From assembly GCA_950097015.1 (NCBI GenBank), contig CATNEN010000038.1, positions 28,892,001-28,956,000 of the forward strand: a stretch of 64,000 nucleotides of DNA, written 5' to 3'. Source of the DNA: Macrostomum hystrix. Lineage: Eukaryota; Animalia; Platyhelminthes. Made by a program: the position numbers and the translations under genes. A model generated the notes under the pieces. The model was not told where the DNA came from and made no database searches. It worked only from the letters and a program-made list of their open reading frames with translations. Shown piece by piece: positions 60,501 through 64,000 of the stretch. Numbering within the stretch: the first letter of the stretch is position 1; the number at the start of each line of letters is the position of its first letter.

Positions 60501-63500
60501 GTGCAGCTCACAAGGTGTCAATCCTGGTCACTGACGGCAGAAACAGCGGCAAGATGCTGATTAAGCCTGCCGTTAAACGATTGAAGCGCTACGCTGATAC
60601 TTCCATTGTTGTCGGCATCGGACGCGATGTTAGCGAAAACGAGATGCGCCTCATCGCTTCAGACTACGCATCAGATGAAGTCAGACTGTCAAACTTCAGA
60701 CAGCTGGTGAGCATTGTAGACAAAGTCGTGAGAAAAATCTGTCCAAAGGGTGGTAAGCCAGTCAGACCTAAGCCTGGCCCAGGACCAAAACCAAAGCCCG
60801 GACCAGGTCCACGACCGGGTCCGAAGCCTGTACCGAAGCCGGGACCAGGACCCAGGCCCGGACCTCAGCCGACTGTTCCAGGCTACGGAACCGATCTGTA
60901 CTTCGTTGTGGACTCGAGTAGCTCTGTGAGTGCAGATGAGTTCAACTTGATCAAGCAGTTCATCAAGTCATACGTTAGCTCTATTGTCATCTCACCTGAG
61001 GATACTCGCGTTAGCATAATCCAGTACTGGGATAAGGTAACAACAACTGTTGATATTGAAGAGTATAAGACAGTGACTGATCTGCTCCCAGCAATCGAAA
61101 ATCTGAAGTATTTCGATGGTCAAAGAACTGTCCTAGGAGATGCTCTGGAAATAACATCTCAGCTAATTGCTAGAAATGAAAGGAATGTTCCCAAGGTCGT
61201 CATCGTTATTTCTGGATCACCGCCCACAAATGGTCAAGCAATCAAGGAGGCCGCACCAAAGCTTATCTACTATGCCGACAAAGTTATTACAATTGGTGTC
61301 AAGGGTCGCATGCCTAAGACAGAGCTGCTTCTCATCTCAAGCACTCCGCAGGACACAATCATCATTGAAGAATTCATTAAGCTTCACGACACAATCCCAG
61401 TCCTCATTGAAAAGACTAAAATCAGAGAAAGAAAGAAGAGACCGGCTCCAAGCGGAACCGGACAGGACATTGTGTTCATTGTTGACAGCAGTGACTCTAT
61501 TGGTGAAGAAAACTGGAATGTTTACATCAAGGGCTTGCTCAAAGTTATCACAGAATACGTGATTGTGTCACCATCGGACACCAGGTTTGCACTAATCCAA
61601 TTTTCAAAGCCAGCTCAGGTTGTTTTTGGCTTCAATGAATACACTGACGGCGAGAGTCTCAGGCGAGCGATCAACAAGCTGAAACCTTACCATAGAAGTA
61701 CTTATCCATCAATAGGAAATGCCTTGAAGGTCGCAGTCGATTATGTGAGAACAAAGAAGCGATCTGGTGTGCCTACATCAGCCATTATCATCACGGCGAG
61801 CACTTCTTCGCCAAGAGTTGGAATTCCAGTAGAAGAAGTAATTACGGAAGTTCACGAGGTGTTCGACTATGTCATCCCAGTGGCTATTAGAAACCGAGTG
61901 GATATGCCTGACCTGGAAAAGTTGGCCAAGCCGGATACTTCCATGATCATTACGACAGAAGAACTGGACGAGTTGATTCCGTTGTCGAAGAGAATTATTT
62001 CGCTAACAACTGTTCGTTTGAGGCGACAGCCAGTTGTCTGCAGAAAGAGAAGTCGCGGAGATTTTGTTTTCGTAATTGGAGTTGGCTCTAGAACAGCTAA
62101 GCACCGCAACTTTGAGAAGATCAAATACTTTATAAAGAAGATTGCATCGGAATACGCGATCGACGAGGGTGCATCCAGAGGTGGTGTTTTCATTTTGGGA
62201 TCAAGCTCACACAAGGCCGTCGGCCTAAACACATTTAGAAGTGACATTGACTTTAAAGCCAGCATAGACAGACTGTCGACGCCCAGGTCGCGCACAGCTC
62301 ACTTCAGATCCGGAATGGAAAAGATTGTTCGCTACGTTAGACGAAGCCGCACTAAGAAGAGACCAACAACGATGATTTATATCTCGGATGGTACTGAGAT
62401 GACACAGAATGTATATTCTGTGGCTCCAAAGATTGCATCGTCGATCCGTAAAACAATCGTCGTCGGTCTAAAACCGTCTATAAAGAATAGAGCATTGCTA
62501 AGAACAATGGTCACTGATGTTCGTCACGATTTCGTGAATGTAAAGCGGTTCCGAGACTTGTCTCGTATTGCTGGAACCATCGCTAGCATGACTTGCACAA
62601 AGACAGGAAAGGTAACAAAAGTTCAGAAGCAAGAACCTGGTGTAGAAAAAATCGTCCTTAGAGAAAGCAAGCGAACCATTACGAGAACTAATTCTGAAAA
62701 GCGAAAGAAGACAAAAACAATTAAGCAAATAATTAAAAGGAGACCCAGAAAGACCAAGCGAACTGTAACAGTCAAGATCGAGGGACAAGGTGGCAAGCGG
62801 TATAAGCGACTTATTGAGAAGGCCAAGATGCAGATCAAGAAGAACAGACGAAAGTTGAAGAAGAAGATTTCTGTTGTCTACAGCACAACAATTATTCGAG
62901 GCACTCGACATAGGTTCATAAAGAAAATAAGATTCGGCACGAGATGGTTCAAGACGCGAGTAATTCGAGTTGTGAGAGGATTCGGAAAAAGGCGACGTGC
63001 GCGAAGGTATCTACAGATCAGATACAAGAAGCAGTGGATTCGATTCAACTTAAAGCGACGAAAGGTACAATTCAGGCGCCGATGGTACAAAATCCGAGTG
63101 CATCGTCGGAAACTACTGCTTAAGTTAAGAAGACGATGGAGAGTGCTTAAAACACGACTAGGAAAGGTGTTTGTGACAATCAAAGGAAAAAGACGTATTC
63201 TCAACCCCAAACGTCACTTAAAACGACGCCGTGTGCAGCGGCAGCGTATTACTGTTCGATACACAACAAAGGTAATCAAAAACAAAAAGATCCTAATTCC
63301 GTCAAAGGTCAAGCTCGGGTATAAAATATTGCCCATAAAGGTTGTTCGCAAAAAGTTTGGAAAGAACAAGGGAAAGAAATTCAACACATTGATTCGCATA
63401 GGTCGCCGTTGGGTGCGCTTTAGCGCTAAACGAAGACGTGTGAAGATTGGAAGAGGATGGTTCCGAGTCACCTATAGAAAGAACGGCGCCGGAGTTGTGC

Positions 63501-64000
63501 ATCGCAGGAGATGGTATAAAATAAGAGTTACCAAAGAAGGATTTAAAGTACGAGTAGCAAGAAGGTGGCGTCGCCTTATTACAACCAAGCGAAAACTGTT
63601 TATTCAGCATCGAGGAAAAATAACAAGGGTAGGAAAGCCACTTGTCGTGAGATCATTGCATGGGAAGTTCAAATATTCACGACGAAAATTTAAAAAGCCA
63701 ATTCACAAAAAGCGTTATAATAGAAAAAGAAAAACTCATCGACGTCAAAGAAACAATACAAAGACAAGCATTGTGAAAGTGAAGGGACCTGCCCCGATCC
63801 GCATTCGATTCACGACTAGAAAGATCCGTGGAAAGACTGTCCGCGTTCCCAAGAGAATCCGACTGGGCAGGAAGGTCGTCCGAGTCAAAGTACAGCCTCG
63901 AGTGCTCGTGAGACGAGGCAAGCGAATCACTCGAGTCCGAGTTTTGGTTCGGGTACAGAAGCGCTGGCGCAGGTTCAGTGTTCGTCGCAGGAAGATCAGG
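36552..64000 (+). CDS. Giant secreted Cys/Lys/Arg-rich multidomain protein (SP, VWD-C8-TIL, ShKT, ~100 Cys-rich modules, PAN, 4x VWA, K/R-rich tail), at least 6,888 aa, 3'-incomplete; candidate adhesive or structural secretion
   Basis: 28 exons with GT-AG ends and one continuous frame: 36552-36560, 36683-36899, 36973-37441, 37893-38120, 38945-39276, 40032-40151, 40242-40505, 40630-41238, 41379-42231, 42726-43309, 43385-43519, 44059-44202, 44297-44890, 45218-45370, 46257-46397, 46511-47656, 48115-48402, 48494-49108, 49191-49610, 49725-50513, 50596-50727, 50815-51954, 52034-52186, 52301-52744, 52870-58292, 58381-59257, 59349-59645, 59913->64000 (sum 20,664 nt). Signal peptide MCGLKGLILLVTVALALLLDDTAA. 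Confidence 0.88.
37477..37735 (+). mobile_element. Interspersed repeat family C copy in giant-gene intron 3
   Basis: CACTGCCTTC...CCAAACTGAATGACCGATTTTCGTGAAAG...CATCGTCGAGATATTCAGCCATTCTTGTCAAAGACCCC is shared with the 17165 and 20150 copies. Confidence 0.7.
38325..38905. mobile_element. Two old, oppositely oriented family-B SINE relics (about 38325-38580 minus, 38660-38905 plus)
   Basis: Degenerate matches such as TCTGCCCTGACTTTCTCATCGTCAG and GAGCAGAATTGCCTTCTCGCTGGCTGCGGGTC. Confidence 0.65.
39365..39720 (+). mobile_element. SINE family B, full length
   Basis: tRNA head, conserved body and (ATT)n tail. Confidence 0.9.
40032..40350 (+). other. Two ShKT domains of the giant protein (exons 6-7)
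   Basis: CADLRSPSDCAAWKLKGRCASEPEVMYKYCRLTCNMC and CVDLIATNICLEKKRAGKCTDSFYKEFCGLTCHWKSC fit the six-Cys ShKT pattern. Confidence 0.85.
45397..46133 (-). mobile_element. Solo LTR of an LTR retrotransposon (737 bp) in giant-gene intron 14
   Basis: TGT...ACA termini; perfect 5-bp TSD TACGA at 45392-45396 and 46134-46138; GC-rich; CCAAT (46001), TTTAAA TATA-like box (45919) and minus-strand AATAAA (45812-45807) in promoter-to-polyA order on the minus strand. Confidence 0.85.
47681..48043 (+). mobile_element. SINE family B, full length, in giant-gene intron 16
   Basis: Perfect 14-bp TSD TATGGTTATAATAA at 47667-47680 and 48044-48057; A/B boxes; (ATT)n tail. Confidence 0.92.
58381..59110 (+). other. 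ShKT, PAN/Apple and ShKT-like domains of the giant protein (exon 26)
   Basis: CTDIVDGCQEQKRRGFC...TCKETCGFC; ACIRACKDSPNCRSFDYDLRSRRCVLNR...HYNRIC; CVDVGKDCAKNKHMC...RCDRTCRKVC. Confidence 0.8.
60218..62596 (+). other. Four tandem VWA domains of the giant protein (starting about 60218, 60893, 61466, 62060), with a PKPGP-rich linker at 60755-60880
   Basis: Manual translation in the frame starting at 59915 gives DLVLIVDASSSI...GGSTSTAKAL...ILVTDG; DLYFVVDSSSSV; DIVFIVDSSDSI; DFVFVIGVGSR...IYISDG. Confidence 0.88.

Noticed and set aside
41529-63930. Many minus-strand and off-frame ORFs over the giant gene
   Set aside because: They are shadows of a long coding sequence, with no recognisable motifs or splice structure of their own.
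36552-64000. Naming the giant gene as Mlig-ap1, Mlig-ap2, a mucin, zonadhesin or SCO-spondin
   Set aside because: No C-type lectin, EGF array, long near-identical repeats, PTS region, MAM, LDLa or canonical TSP1 WxxW motifs are visible in the window. Only partial domain sharing can be supported without a database search.

Overview
Eukaryotic (animal) genomic DNA, rich in introns and repeats; gene and repeat style suggest a free-living flatworm such as Macrostomum (inference only). The left half holds seven genes that I rebuilt by hand from GT-AG splice sites with consistent phases: SLC25A20 (partial, -), POLD4 (+), a class III eIF4E (eIF4E3) with a ~500-aa polyQ/acidic N-terminal extension (+), a YIL108W-like HExxHxxGxxH metallopeptidase (+), an LRRC74-like LRR/EF-hand protein (-), and two atypical Rab-like GTPases set head-to-head around a ~400-bp palindrome. 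From 36552 to beyond the window end lies one giant gene (28 exons, at least 6,888 codons, no stop reached). It encodes a secreted protein ordered as: signal peptide, VWD-C8-TIL, 2x ShKT, roughly 100 copies of a ~45-50-aa Cys/Lys/Arg-rich module, ShKT-PAN-ShKT, ShKT, 4x VWA, and a Cys-free tail that is ~41% K+R. Its last 4.1-kb exon is absent from the ORF track. This is the best candidate for an undescribed system (bioadhesive or secreted structural material). Introns and intergenic DNA carry two tRNA-derived SINE families, a solo LTR, several MITEs and about ten unrelated minisatellites.
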